This document shows positions 10,434 through 19,858 of a DNA stretch of 64,000 nt, one piece after another (the first letter of the stretch is position 1; every line of letters starts with the position of its first letter). Both the position numbers and the translations under genes were made by a program. Under the pieces are notes generated by a model. That model was not told the origin of the DNA. It saw only the letters and a program-made list of their open reading frames with translations, and ran no database searches. Where the stretch lies: positions 31,912 through 95,911 of the IMG/VR virus record IMGVR_UViG_3300050120_000309; one strand, given 5' to 3'. This DNA is from a virus.

Positions 10434-12553
10434 TAGCGGTTGAAGCGTATTCCAGACGCGATGCCATTGAAGGGGGAGACACCAAAGCGCGACATGCCGC
10501 TGTTGGAACCGCCGGAACGGAAGCCACCTGAAGAAGGCAGGCCACGGGAGGGAACTCGACTGCCTGTGGGAGCGGGACGACCTTGTCCGCCCACCATCAT
10601 GGCGCCGCGACCGTTGTGAAGAACACGTCCCTGTTGGGGCTGAGCGGCAGGGAGTCCACGTGCTGGAACTCCACTGCGCCGGGCCATGACTGATTTGGTC
10701 TGCTCCGTCGTATCGGCAGGAGCCGAGCTCGGAAAGGGAGAAGACGGTGCTGCGGGCTGGTATGCGCCTAGACCCCAGCCTGCCACGTGGGCAATCTGAG
10801 CCAAACGTCGTACTGCTTCCTTGGTCCGGAAGAGGCCAAATTCGATCTCGATACCGAGCATGGCGAGCATGAATGCATCGAGGTCGTGGTCACCTGTTTC
10901 GGCATCAGTCTCATAGCTGGCAGGCACTCCATGGGTCGACCAGCTCTTGACGCGGTAGCCCTGCATCTGTGCGATCAGGATCTTGTCATCATCAGCGGAA
11001 AGCTCGACGAGTTCATTCTCGAGAGCGATGACAGTGCCTTCGACCATGAACGGCTTGGTCCGGCGTTTGATATCTTCTTCATCGTCCTTGCGCTTGCGCT
11101 CACCGATCTCACGATTGGGGACGAGCTTGTTGAACTCCAAGGTGCCACCGAAGTCGATGACCTTGAGGTTCTTCATCTTGTACGTCTGCGCGTCGCCTTC
11201 TTTCCCAGCCAACTGGCCTTCGGTACGGAGCAGTTCATCTTGCGCGAAGCCAAAGCCGGCATCAATGTAGATGTGGTCGCACATCCACTTCTTATTGAGT
11301 CGCTTGATCTCGGCGATGGATAGGGCGACGGTAGACTTGGGGTCATCGACGACGCACCGGTCGACGGCCTTGCGCACGCGGGTATTGGTGTCATATTCAA
11401 CGACATATATCCTGGTTCCAGTACCCTTACCATTCCAGTCAATGCCCATGATGTAACGCTTGGTGTTATCCGGCCGCGCGTCGCGGTGGGCATAGAATCT
11501 CTGCGTTTTATCGAGGAAGAACGACTTGAACACGCCGGCCACTGGGTCACCGAACTCGGCAAGAAACTCATGGATGAAGCGATCCATGGTCTTGGCTTCG
11601 AGCATGTAGTTCTCGCGCTTCTCCTCAGACCACTCGGGGTGGTCAGTGATGGGGAAGAAGAACTCTTTGTACTCATCGAACTTCTGACACATCTGGTAGT
11701 ACATGCCACGCAGACCTGTCGGGGTTGACGATCCGTGGAAGGTCAGCTCTTTGAAGCGGCGCAACAGCGGCATCAGCGCGTCGTAGTCATCCTCGTTGAG
11801 ATAGTCCTGTTCATCCAGGCGGATGCGACGGGGGTTCTGACCTCGAGTGGCTCCGCCCTTCTTACCCGAACCTGAACCGGCGGTGAAGATCTTGATGATC
11901 GACCCGTTGTTGAAGCGAAGGAAGTAGTAGGGGGATTGTTTCTGCTGGGCAAGGACACCGGCCAGGCTGGGGGAATTCTCCAGCTGGCTCAGGATCTCCA
12001 TGTACCACATTTCAGCCTGGGTCTGCTGAGGGCAAACGATCATGGTCTCAAGCTTCTTGCGGGTGAGTGCCAGGTGCAGTTCTTCTCCGATACCGGTAGA
12101 GGACTTACCCATACCACGAGCCCATCGGTCGACCTTGCGCGGAGCGGTGCAGCTCAGCGCTTCCTTCTGATACCACCGGAGGGGCATGGGAATGAAGTCG
12201 CCGTCTGCGTTCTTGACGACGATGTTCTTGCCAACCCAATGGGCAGGGTCGTAGATATCCCGGATCTCATCGATCGTCATGTCCTCGCCGAGTTCAGCCA
12301 TCTGGGCCTGCTTCTCGAGGAACATCTGCTCATCGTTGATTCCACGGCACTTGATGTTGAAAGTGCGACCAGGAAACTTTGACTTGTAGTCGATGTGGCA
12401 CTTGCGGCAGATGTCGTTCTGCATCTGGCGCACGATGCCCTTATCGGTGCCGTCGGCGTTCCGATCGCGTGCAATGGTCTTACTCAGAAACTGTTGCTCT
12501 TCGGCAGGCATGCTCGTAAGCAGCTGCTTGAGAGTCACAAAGTTGTCAGGCAT
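10433..12553 (-). CDS. terL: Terminase large subunit
   Basis: WYQKEAL, Walker A RGMGKSS, Walker B IRLDEQD, SSTP coupling motif, nuclease GIDWN and DHDLDA; start moved to ATG 12553 to avoid overlap with the upstream gene. Confidence 0.9.
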   Translation of the reverse strand: MPDNFVTLKQLLTSMPAEEQQFLSKTIARDRNADGTDKGIVRQMQNDICRKCHIDYKSKFPGRTFNIKCRGINDEQMFLEKQAQMAELGEDMTIDEIRDIYDPAHWVGKNIVVKNADGDFIPMPLRWYQKEALSCTAPRKVDRWARGMGKSSTGIGEELHLALTRKKLETMIVCPQQTQAEMWYMEILSQLENSPSLAGVLAQQKQSPYYFLRFNNGSIIKIFTAGSGSGKKGGATRGQNPRRIRLDEQDYLNEDDYDALMPLLRRFKELTFHGSSTPTGLRGMYYQMCQKFDEYKEFFFPITDHPEWSEEKRENYMLEAKTMDRFIHEFLAEFGDPVAGVFKSFFLDKTQRFYAHRDARPDNTKRYIMGIDWNGKGTGTRIYVVEYDTNTRVRKAVDRCVVDDPKSTVALSIAEIKRLNKKWMCDHIYIDAGFGFAQDELLRTEGQLAGKEGDAQTYKMKNLKVIDFGGTLEFNKLVPNREIGERKRKDDEEDIKRRTKPFMVEGTVIALENELVELSADDDKILIAQMQGYRVKSWSTHGVPASYETDAETGDHDLDAFMLAMLGIEIEFGLFRTKEAVRRLAQIAHVAGWGLGAYQPAAPSSPFPSSAPADTTEQTKSVMARRSGVPARGLPAAQPQQGRVLHNGRGAMMVGGQGRPAPTGSRVPSRGLPSSGGFRSGGSNSGMSRFGVSPFNGIASGIRFNR

Positions 12554-12575
12554 AGAGGAGGTGTTCCAGACGTGC

Positions 12576-12977
12576 TTAGTTGAGGCGGAGGATCTTGACG
12601 GTGATGGCGCCAGGGCCAACAATGGCCGAAACAGTCACCTTGATGGCGCGGCCCTTGAGGGAGATCCCGGTTGGCCATTCACCAACTTCAAGGCCACTGG
12701 CATTGAAGATCGTGACGCCGGTGAAGGTCTTGACCGATACGAAGGTTCCGGTACCGTCATCATTGAGGACCTCAATGGTGCAGGACGTGGTTCCATCCGT
12801 GAAGGAGGGAACTACCTCGATCGAATTGGCCTGGGGATTAATGGCAGCCGACGTTGTACCTGCAGTGATTGCTGTTAGCAACGTGGCAGGAGTTGAGTAG
12901 GACGGTGTGAGATCGCCGACGTTCCAGCGAGGGGGAAGGCCCATTGAAGGGTGCGGACTGAGAGGACTACGACCCAT
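12576..12977 (-). CDS. Small beta-rich hypothetical protein, probably virion
   Basis: 133 aa, Thr/Gly rich, AGGAG RBS. Confidence 0.55.
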   Translation of the reverse strand: MGRSPLSPHPSMGLPPRWNVGDLTPSYSTPATLLTAITAGTTSAAINPQANSIEVVPSFTDGTTSCTIEVLNDDGTGTFVSVKTFTGVTIFNASGLEVGEWPTGISLKGRAIKVTVSAIVGPGAITVKILRLN

Positions 12978-12989
12978 GAGGATCTCCTG

Positions 12990-13490
12990 TTATCTGTGAA
13001 GGAAGAGGGCTTCTTGGCCGAGCCACCTGCGAGAAGTGGTCGATGTGCCTGTGAGCTCGATGGCGGCGCGCTGTCTGCGCTGTTGGGAAGTCTTGGTGTC
13101 GATGTAGTCGCCACCGAACCGTAGCTTCTGAGCAAAGCGCCCTTCAGCGGTGAGTTCGGAGAAGCCACGAATCAAGGTGTGCGTGAACTGGTTGGTCGCA
13201 TATCCAACGAGCAAAGTGCCGGCGAGGGCGGCGGCTACGGGAGGCAGGCCGAAAGTCGCGGTGAGCCCGGCGGCTGCAATTCCACCAAGAACCGGTTGAA
13301 CTGCCAGTGAAACGGACTGAGCTGCCAGTGTGGGGATCAGTTCCCCGCGTTTGGCAGAGGCCACTTCCATAGCAAGGATAGGAAGACCCCAGTACGCGCC
13401 TTCTGAAGCAAACTTGTGTCCCTTCCAATAGGAGTTCTTGATCTCCCTGGAGAAGGTGATGGGTTCATCTCTGGGTGTTAGCCATGCCAT
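12990..13490 (-). CDS. Hydrophobic putative virion/ejection protein
   Basis: Central Gly/Ala hydrophobic helices; C-terminus ...RQRA...LGQEALFLHR. Confidence 0.55.
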   Translation of the reverse strand: MAWLTPRDEPITFSREIKNSYWKGHKFASEGAYWGLPILAMEVASAKRGELIPTLAAQSVSLAVQPVLGGIAAAGLTATFGLPPVAAALAGTLLVGYATNQFTHTLIRGFSELTAEGRFAQKLRFGGDYIDTKTSQQRRQRAAIELTGTSTTSRRWLGQEALFLHR

Positions 13491-13493
13491 TTA

Positions 13494-14300
13494 CTACCTC
13501 GCTTTGTGAAGACCGAACACGAGGTCACCGCCGGCGCCGATGCGCCCCATGCGGTCTCTCACTCCTGAATCGGAGAATCCGTTGTCTTCGGGAGCAGCTC
13601 GGTCAACTCGTTCGGGATCGCCGTTGCCGTGAAGCACTTTGATGGCCCCACCGATGACGGCCGAAGCGGCGACGATGGCGCCGAGACGGGTACCGCCTCC
13701 CCATTTGCCCCATACCTCACTGGCTTTGAAGGCGCGGCCGGCTGCAATACCGACTCCAGTGCCGACGGCGGCGGCTACGACGGTGCCGGCAGTGCTTCCA
13801 TCAGTGGTTCTGTGGCCGACGTAGCCTCCGACGAGAGCACCAAGACCGCCAGAGATCGATGGCCGCTGCAGCGCGGTCTTCCATCCGCCAGGAGACCGGA
13901 TCTCATCAAAGAGACCTTTGCCGTAATCGCGGATCGCGGAAGAGGTGTCTGCTGCGTATTTCGGAGCAGCTTTGGAGAAGTCTTTGCTGAACTGGGCAGC
14001 GCCGTATCCAACTTCTTCGTTGTAGGCTCCTCGGTATCCGTCGGCTCGAGCGCGTTGGCGCGCCATGACAGACCCTACCGCGGCAGCGCCACCCGCAGTG
14101 AGAAGGCCTGCTGTCCCATATTGAAGAGCTGAAGTGGCTCCGGCATCAGCTCGAGTACCGGCACTTCCTTCGGTGGTTGCATACGTCTCAGCTCCGGCGA
14201 ACAGACCAGCGCCGGCAGCGAATACGGCTGCTCCCCCAGTGAGGGGATTTGCCCACAATCGTGAGGTAAAGTTCCCCGCTACTGAGTCAATGAAGGCCAT
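13494..14300 (-). CDS. Glycine-zipper protein
   Basis: Several GxxxG hydrophobic segments; C-terminus GAGGDLVFGLHKAR. Confidence 0.6.
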   Translation of the reverse strand: MAFIDSVAGNFTSRLWANPLTGGAAVFAAGAGLFAGAETYATTEGSAGTRADAGATSALQYGTAGLLTAGGAAAVGSVMARQRARADGYRGAYNEEVGYGAAQFSKDFSKAAPKYAADTSSAIRDYGKGLFDEIRSPGGWKTALQRPSISGGLGALVGGYVGHRTTDGSTAGTVVAAAVGTGVGIAAGRAFKASEVWGKWGGGTRLGAIVAASAVIGGAIKVLHGNGDPERVDRAAPEDNGFSDSGVRDRMGRIGAGGDLVFGLHKAR

Positions 14301-14306
14301 AGAGTA

Positions 14307-14636
14307 TTAGCGAAGCATTCGGACGGCACCACTACTGAGTGCTTTCTGCGCGCCCCAACGTCGGTACCCTCTCATCCCTGCCATTCCCGCGGCGCCCATA
14401 GCAGCTCCACCGATGGCACCTCGCAGATGATTGTCACGATCGGAGACACCTCCAACGACAGCTCCGCCTCCAGCTACGAGGGCTGTGGCGTTGACGAGTC
14501 CCCGGTTGGTTTTGTAGTCATTGGCGACGCCCCGGGCGACGGCCTTTGCTCGCTGCGCGCCTGGTGAGTTGTAGAACTTGCCGGCACGGCTGGCAGTGGA
14601 ACGAAACCCGTTGATGGCGCTGCTGAAGATGCTCAT
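14307..14636 (-). CDS. Glycine-zipper protein
   Basis: AGGGAVVGG and GAIGGAAMGAAG segments; N-terminus MSIFSSAINGF. Confidence 0.6.
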   Translation of the reverse strand: MSIFSSAINGFRSTASRAGKFYNSPGAQRAKAVARGVANDYKTNRGLVNATALVAGGGAVVGGVSDRDNHLRGAIGGAAMGAAGMAGMRGYRRWGAQKALSSGAVRMLR

Positions 14637-14645
14637 GAAAGTCCT

Positions 14646-14882
14646 TTAGTAAGAAGCCTGTTGTGCTTGAGACCGGAGCTTGGCTGAGGATTTGCCGTAG
14701 AGACCTCGCGCTACGAGGCCGCCAGGTACGCCGCCTATGAGTCCCCACTTCTTATGCCCCTGGGGAGCAGATAGATAGCCTGCACCCAGACCAATCCCTA
14801 GACCCGCTCCTTGAGTGACGGCGAACTGCTGGCCTCGAGATAGACCTTTGAAGCCGTTGACAGCTCGACCGAAGATGCTCAT
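14646..14882 (-). CDS. Glycine-zipper protein
   Basis: GAGLGIGLGAG and GLIGGVPGG segments; N-terminus MSIFGRAVNGF. Confidence 0.6.
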   Translation of the reverse strand: MSIFGRAVNGFKGLSRGQQFAVTQGAGLGIGLGAGYLSAPQGHKKWGLIGGVPGGLVARGLYGKSSAKLRSQAQQASY

Positions 14883-14915
14883 GGGAATCCTTTCGCGTCC
14901 GGAGACACGTTTGAG

Positions 14916-14932
14916 CCTGGCTAGTATAGGAA
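14916..14932 (-). promoter_or_regulatory. Putative late promoter TTCCTATACTAGCCAGG
   Basis: Intergenic copy of the 17-bp motif, 33 nt upstream of the 14882 start. Confidence 0.7.
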
Positions 14933-14973
14933 GATGGTCGCTAGTCTCTGACTTGATTGACCCGACAGGGGAG

Positions 14974-15570
14974 CTAGGCTACTTGAGCAAGCGCTCTAGC
15001 ACGCTTGCGATCTCGATACCTACGAGCTTCCAAAGCCATGGGAGATGGATTTGGGTTCTTTGCTCTTGCTGTGGCAGATACTCTTGCTCGAACATCTGAC
15101 GACAGTACTTTACCCAGGTGGGCATTACTGATTCGCCTCTTTGTGATCTCCGAATGTGGGCCACGTACCTTGATGCTCGCGGCTCTGAGCTTTGCCCGTG
15201 CTTCATCGGGATAGGGATTATCTGCCCAGTGGCCAGTCTTTCCAAATCGGTGGTTATCCGATCCAGACCCAGTACCACCGCCTCCGGGAGTCATGTTGTA
15301 TCCCTTCAGCGGATTCATTGAGTCATATTGCTCAATCAATCGGATCTCATGAGAGTCCAATTGGTCTTCAGGAATCTCGATAAGGACCTCTATTATGAAG
15401 TTCTCAGCACCATACTTGACGATTGCCCGATGCAAAGCCTGAGAGGATCTACCGCGTAGGGCTGTTGACCGATGAAGGTTCCATCGGCGCTCAAGCTTCT
15501 TGATCGTTTGACCAACATAAAGTTTTCCGTTGGTCGTATTCGTGATGAGGTAGATCACACCAGTTCTCAT
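14974..15570 (-). CDS. GIY-YIG homing endonuclease with NUMOD3-like tail
   Basis: GVIYLITNTTNGKLYVGQT, GYNMTPGG and HSEITKRRIS motifs. Confidence 0.9.
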   Translation of the reverse strand: MRTGVIYLITNTTNGKLYVGQTIKKLERRWNLHRSTALRGRSSQALHRAIVKYGAENFIIEVLIEIPEDQLDSHEIRLIEQYDSMNPLKGYNMTPGGGGTGSGSDNHRFGKTGHWADNPYPDEARAKLRAASIKVRGPHSEITKRRISNAHLGKVLSSDVRARVSATARAKNPNPSPMALEARRYRDRKRARALAQVA

Positions 15571-15573
15571 GGC

Positions 15574-16014
15574 CTAATCCTTGACTTGATTTATTAGACA
15601 CGGAAGCATCGGGATCCAGAAGTCCAGCTTGGTGCTGAGCTTGCCCTTATCGTCCGACACCTCGCAGATGCCAATCAGGGAGTCTCCCTCTTCAACTCCA
15701 GAGGTGACGTCATGCCTGCTGGGCGAGCTATCAGAGACGGTATGCGTGTGAATGGATCCAAGGGAGAGCCCCTCGGATCTGGCCTGGTTCTTGAGGGCCT
15801 GGTACTGCAGATCGTCATACTCGACGACGTAGGGACTGGTCTTGGTCATACGGATCTTGTGGAAGCTGACGACGTGGTACTCGCCCACACCCCGCCGAAC
15901 AAAGATCACTTCCATGTACTCGTGGCCAGGTTTCTTCCGGTAATGGTAAAGGACCCGGCGACGGAACGAGGCCAGGTCCTTATTGCGAATGTGAACATCG
16001 AATGCGAGCGCCAT
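15574..16014 (-). CDS. JAB/MPN (JAMM) metalloprotease
   Basis: N-terminal E (GHEYM) and GSIHTHTVSDSSPSRHD = HxH-x7-S-xx-D. Confidence 0.8.
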   Translation of the reverse strand: MALAFDVHIRNKDLASFRRRVLYHYRKKPGHEYMEVIFVRRGVGEYHVVSFHKIRMTKTSPYVVEYDDLQYQALKNQARSEGLSLGSIHTHTVSDSSPSRHDVTSGVEEGDSLIGICEVSDDKGKLSTKLDFWIPMLPCLINQVKD

Positions 16015-16021
16015 GGAACCC

Positions 16022-17572
16022 CTATGCAGCGTGAGGAAGTTTGAAGCCGTAGTTCAATGACCTCGAGGGGCTCTTTTCAATGACGGATGAGATGAATAGC
16101 GCGTTGATGCCTTCGGTGAAACTCACCTTGTGCGCATGCAGCGCCCGGCGGGAGAGCACGTATCCCTTCTTCGCATGCCAGCGGTCGGCAGGAGAGAGGG
16201 AGGGAATCTGGTGGTGGATGATGCCGTCGATTTCACGCGAAACCTCGTGGTGCAGGTGACCTGTGAAGAAGTACTGGAAGTCTGAGGCACCCCAACCGTT
16301 GCGGGCTTCGCCGGCCATGAGGCCCGGCAGCATGGTGACCTTCTCGTCGTTTCCATGCGCGAATCCCATCAGGGTATTCCCGTAGAGAGCGTACTGGCGG
16401 GGGTCGGTGGTGACGCGGACTTCGACGTCACTGTCATTTCGGTACCAGGCCTTGAGGAAGTGGAGCAGGCTCAGGGAGTTCTGATAGTCGTGGTTGCCAG
16501 GGCAGGCGATGAGGCAGACCGGACCAATCTGACGAAGCAAGTCAATGTGCTTGACGGCCAGCATGTTGCCCTCAAAGATCATGTTCTCCGGCAGACCATC
16601 GAGGTCCTGGGGAGTGAGAGCAGTGGTTGAGGCGGCAAGGTTGTCGACATGAAACCAGTCGCTACCCACCGGCACGAAGATGACTTCGGGGCGGCCATGG
16701 CGCGCAACCTGCTCAAGCAAGCGAGAGGTGTGGTCGATCAGCAGCTGCTCGGTCTGAACCTTGGAGTAGGTCTGTCCGCCGGCGTCGGTCCAGCCCACCT
16801 TGCCGAAGTGAAGATCAGTGGGGGAGACGATGAGGGCGAAGCGCTCGGCAGCCTGGATCTTGGGCATGGAGAGCATGGGAGGGCGGTAGGAGGGGGCGAA
16901 GCGCTCGATGTGCTCCATGAATGGGGCCACGACGTTGTGCTGCAGGTCGCGGTACTTGTCCGCGTCCGATTGAGTCTCTTTCCACTTCTCTATCTCGTAG
17001 CCCTGGGAGAGTGCCTGACGGCGCATCTGAAGTGCGGTCTCGATCAGCTCTTCGACGGGGCGCGTCATCAGCTCTTCAGCAGAGAACGGCTCCTTGTCGT
17101 GTGTCCATCCGTGGATGGTCTTGTACTCGGCGAACCAGGGGCGAGGGAAGGTGAAGGTGCGGCACATCTCGTTGACGGAGGCAGGCGCGCCGTCCCAGTT
17201 TGAGTAGGCCTTGGCCATGTCACGGTGAGTCGTACCGGACACCACAACCGGCTCCGGCGCATTGCGCAGGAAGGTCACATAGGTGTCGGTCTTCTCGTTG
17301 TAGACGTAGCGGGAAACCTTGGTATCTCCAACAGCTTGGCTGAGCAGGTGGATCTTGCTTTGCTTCTCTGAGACTTCCTTCACAGGCTCAGGCTTGGCGG
17401 AGCTCTTCTTGGCGGCCGGTGTGGCCAACTTCATACGGCGCTCGATTGTGTCTCGGCTTACACCGTACTTCTCAGCAATCTGTGTGACCGTGAGGTTGTT
17501 TGGCGCCGCCAGTTCCGTCTCGATCATCTCGAGTGTGACTTTCGCGCGGGGCCGTCCCTTTTTCATCGTCAT
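16022..17572 (-). CDS. HTH plus calcineurin-like metallophosphoesterase
   Basis: N-terminal HTH (TVTQIAEKYGVSRDTIER); DLHFG, GSDWFH, GNHD, HG and GHLHH motifs. Confidence 0.85.
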   Translation of the reverse strand: MTMKKGRPRAKVTLEMIETELAAPNNLTVTQIAEKYGVSRDTIERRMKLATPAAKKSSAKPEPVKEVSEKQSKIHLLSQAVGDTKVSRYVYNEKTDTYVTFLRNAPEPVVVSGTTHRDMAKAYSNWDGAPASVNEMCRTFTFPRPWFAEYKTIHGWTHDKEPFSAEELMTRPVEELIETALQMRRQALSQGYEIEKWKETQSDADKYRDLQHNVVAPFMEHIERFAPSYRPPMLSMPKIQAAERFALIVSPTDLHFGKVGWTDAGGQTYSKVQTEQLLIDHTSRLLEQVARHGRPEVIFVPVGSDWFHVDNLAASTTALTPQDLDGLPENMIFEGNMLAVKHIDLLRQIGPVCLIACPGNHDYQNSLSLLHFLKAWYRNDSDVEVRVTTDPRQYALYGNTLMGFAHGNDEKVTMLPGLMAGEARNGWGASDFQYFFTGHLHHEVSREIDGIIHHQIPSLSPADRWHAKKGYVLSRRALHAHKVSFTEGINALFISSVIEKSPSRSLNYGFKLPHAA

Positions 17573-17664
17573 CCAAGGTCTCCAAAAGGTGATCCTGACG
17601 GCCGTTGCTGACCGTCAGGCTGTGCAGCCAGGCTTTCGCCTGAGTGCCGTGTGGGGATTCGGTG

Positions 17665-18429
17665 TTACAAGAAATCCGGGTCGAGCTTGCGAAGCTTATC
17701 CCCACGAGCAGACTGTTCTGTCCCGATGTCATTTCCCTTCGCCTTGCCTTCAGCCTTGGCGATCTTCCACTTCTGTTCGGGGGTGAGCATCCAGTCCTTG
17801 AGAATCATCCTGCGCCTGGCTTCCAGTTGAGCCAAAAGCTCAGCGTTGATATGGAGAACTCTTTCCCATGTGAGGGGAAGAACTTGCTGATTTGTGCCAC
17901 CTTCTGCGTCTTGCGTCGCAAAGCTGATGGCATCGGTGACGTTGACCTGGGTAAGGCGGGCACCTTCGCCTGCGGATAGGATGTTGACGCAGCGCTGCTC
18001 CTGGACGTCGATGTAGGTCAGGGTCGAGACCATCGCCCGGGCATCTTCCGTCAATTGATCCGGTTCCTGGCCGATTGTTCTGCACCAGCTGGAGAACCGT
18101 TCTTCGATGAGGTTGCGCTCGATCGGGCAAAGCTTGCCCTCTGGCGCCTTCTCCATACGAAGGAGGGGGCACTTGGCGGCGTAGGCGCAGCGGTCTTCAG
18201 GCTTCACGTTGACCTGGTTGCCTGGGCAGATGAGTACGGAGCCGCCAGCGGGTCCCAGGATGACCAGGGATTGCTGGAAGGCCTTGAGCTCGAGTGCTTC
18301 AGGTTGAGTCAGTCCCAGCTCGGCGGTAGTGCCAAGGATGGATGTGAAGGTGAAGGCGGGCTTCATGGAAGCGAGATCGGCCGCGTCGAGCGAGACCATC
18401 CCGTCCAGTCGAATGTCAGATGGGGGCAT
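17665..18429 (-). CDS. Cys-containing hypothetical protein (possible small terminase)
   Basis: 254 aa with a CP...C...CP...CP cluster and helical C-terminus; function is a guess from context. Confidence 0.45.
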   Translation of the reverse strand: MPPSDIRLDGMVSLDAADLASMKPAFTFTSILGTTAELGLTQPEALELKAFQQSLVILGPAGGSVLICPGNQVNVKPEDRCAYAAKCPLLRMEKAPEGKLCPIERNLIEERFSSWCRTIGQEPDQLTEDARAMVSTLTYIDVQEQRCVNILSAGEGARLTQVNVTDAISFATQDAEGGTNQQVLPLTWERVLHINAELLAQLEARRRMILKDWMLTPEQKWKIAKAEGKAKGNDIGTEQSARGDKLRKLDPDFL

Positions 18430-18431
18430 GG

Positions 18432-19037
18432 CTATGAGTACTCTTTCAGTCGGCGAAGGACTGTATCTTGGCTGATGTGAAACTCTTCAGCGATCTTCTT
18501 AGTGCTCAAGCCTCTATCCCAAGCTGCCTGGACCTCAGATGTTGAGATCACTCGGGGCCGACCTATCCCGGAAGTGACTGATTTACGAACAGTCTGTTTG
18601 ATCGGACGGATACGAACTCGGTGAAGCTGCGCCTCTATTGAGTTTTCGACCCACTGTATTGAACGAGGAGGACGGGATTTGCCTCGCTTTGATAGGCCGA
18701 TCTTTGATTTATGTTCTTCGGATTGAGGACCTATAACGGCCCCTGATGGGCCTTCGCCTCCATCAGTTAGGTTTCGAAGACAGCCTGTTCCAATATCAAT
18801 GCGTCCATGCAGAGCGATTAGTTTTATCTCTTCAGCAAACGCTTCTTGCTCCGTGAGATTGCTCTTCACGATCTCTATGTGAGTGTGATTGGTTGGTCGT
18901 TTGTGATGTCGCCCTTTGGTAAAAGCTCGGTAACCCGAACCTTTACCGATGTAATATGGTGTGCCGGCGCAGCCACTGGGGCTGTCTTTGCTTCTAACGT
19001 ACTGATACACATAGAAGTCGTTGCGCGGAGAGAGCAT
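18432..19037 (-). CDS. GIY-YIG homing endonuclease with C-terminal HTH
   Basis: FYVYQY...PYYIGKG..YR, LRNLTDGGEG, SEEHKSKI, STKKIAEEFHISQDTV; start moved to ATG 19037. Confidence 0.85.
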   Translation of the reverse strand: MLSPRNDFYVYQYVRSKDSPSGCAGTPYYIGKGSGYRAFTKGRHHKRPTNHTHIEIVKSNLTEQEAFAEEIKLIALHGRIDIGTGCLRNLTDGGEGPSGAVIGPQSEEHKSKIGLSKRGKSRPPRSIQWVENSIEAQLHRVRIRPIKQTVRKSVTSGIGRPRVISTSEVQAAWDRGLSTKKIAEEFHISQDTVLRRLKEYS

Positions 19038-19042
19038 GCTGA

Positions 19043-19059
19043 CCTGACTAGTATAGGAA
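19043..19059 (-). promoter_or_regulatory. Putative late promoter TTCCTATACTAGTCAGG
   Basis: Third copy of the 17-bp motif, 5 nt before ATG 19037. Confidence 0.65.
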
Positions 19060-19269
19060 CTTGCCGCAAAAGGCAGGACCCCGAGCCGGCACGTATGCAC
19101 ACTCGGGGTCGATTGGCGGGGTAGGAGAGGAGGTTTGCTTTGGTCTGGGAGGGAGGCGACGGCGACCGTGGCAGGTGAGCTGAGGTTTGTCTTCCTGGAT
19201 TGAAGTCGTTTACCCAATGGGGTTTAGACACAGGAGGGAAGGGAAGGAATAGAGGGAATTGGGTCCCGA

Positions 19270-19776
19270 CTAATCCTGGATGGGGAAAACCTTATGCACT
19301 GCCGAGTCTGACAGGACGGCTGCGACGTGGATCGAGCAAACGTGGCGCTCTTTGAGCATGTCCTCGCCGTATGCGACTACCCATTCCGCCAGATCCATAC
19401 ATTGCGACATGTACTGGTCCACATAGGAGCAGTTCGAGTTCGAGGAGTGCTCCCAGCAGCCATCACCGTTGTTGAAGCAGAGCACAGCGTAGCGGCCGTG
19501 GGAACGCTTTAGGTAGTAGGCCGGCGCATTGAGCGCGCCGCACTTGGTGCAGGCCAGTGTCGTACCGTGGCTTGGTTTGATGGACGTTTGTGCAATCAGT
19601 CCAGCAAAGAAGTCTTCGACACCGCGGATCATAGCTGTCAGGTCGAAAGGTCGGAACATCGGGGACACGCTGGTCTCTCCAGGTGTTTCAGACATTCGAC
19701 GGATGATCTCGTGCGACGCCTGCGCGGCATGCTCTGGGGTAGTGATCTGAAGAACGGGACTTGAGGTATCCAACAT
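19270..19776 (-). CDS. Cys-rich (Zn-binding) hypothetical protein
   Basis: CTKC...C...C...C...C...CSIH; GGAG RBS before ATG 19776. Confidence 0.6.
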   Translation of the reverse strand: MLDTSSPVLQITTPEHAAQASHEIIRRMSETPGETSVSPMFRPFDLTAMIRGVEDFFAGLIAQTSIKPSHGTTLACTKCGALNAPAYYLKRSHGRYAVLCFNNGDGCWEHSSNSNCSYVDQYMSQCMDLAEWVVAYGEDMLKERHVCSIHVAAVLSDSAVHKVFPIQD

Positions 19777-19858
19777 GGGTGTTATCTCCACCATCAGAAT
19801 CAGATAGGGAGGGTACTTAGCCAAAGGTATGAGAAAGAAGGTTTGCTTTTCTACTATT

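Noticed and set aside
12554-12622. Extended terminase N-terminus from the ORF track
   Set aside because: It overlaps the upstream gene, so ATG 12553 is preferred.
14974-19037. Homing endonucleases as intron-encoded elements
   Set aside because: The flanking genes appear intact and I saw no intron core structure, so they are treated as free-standing.
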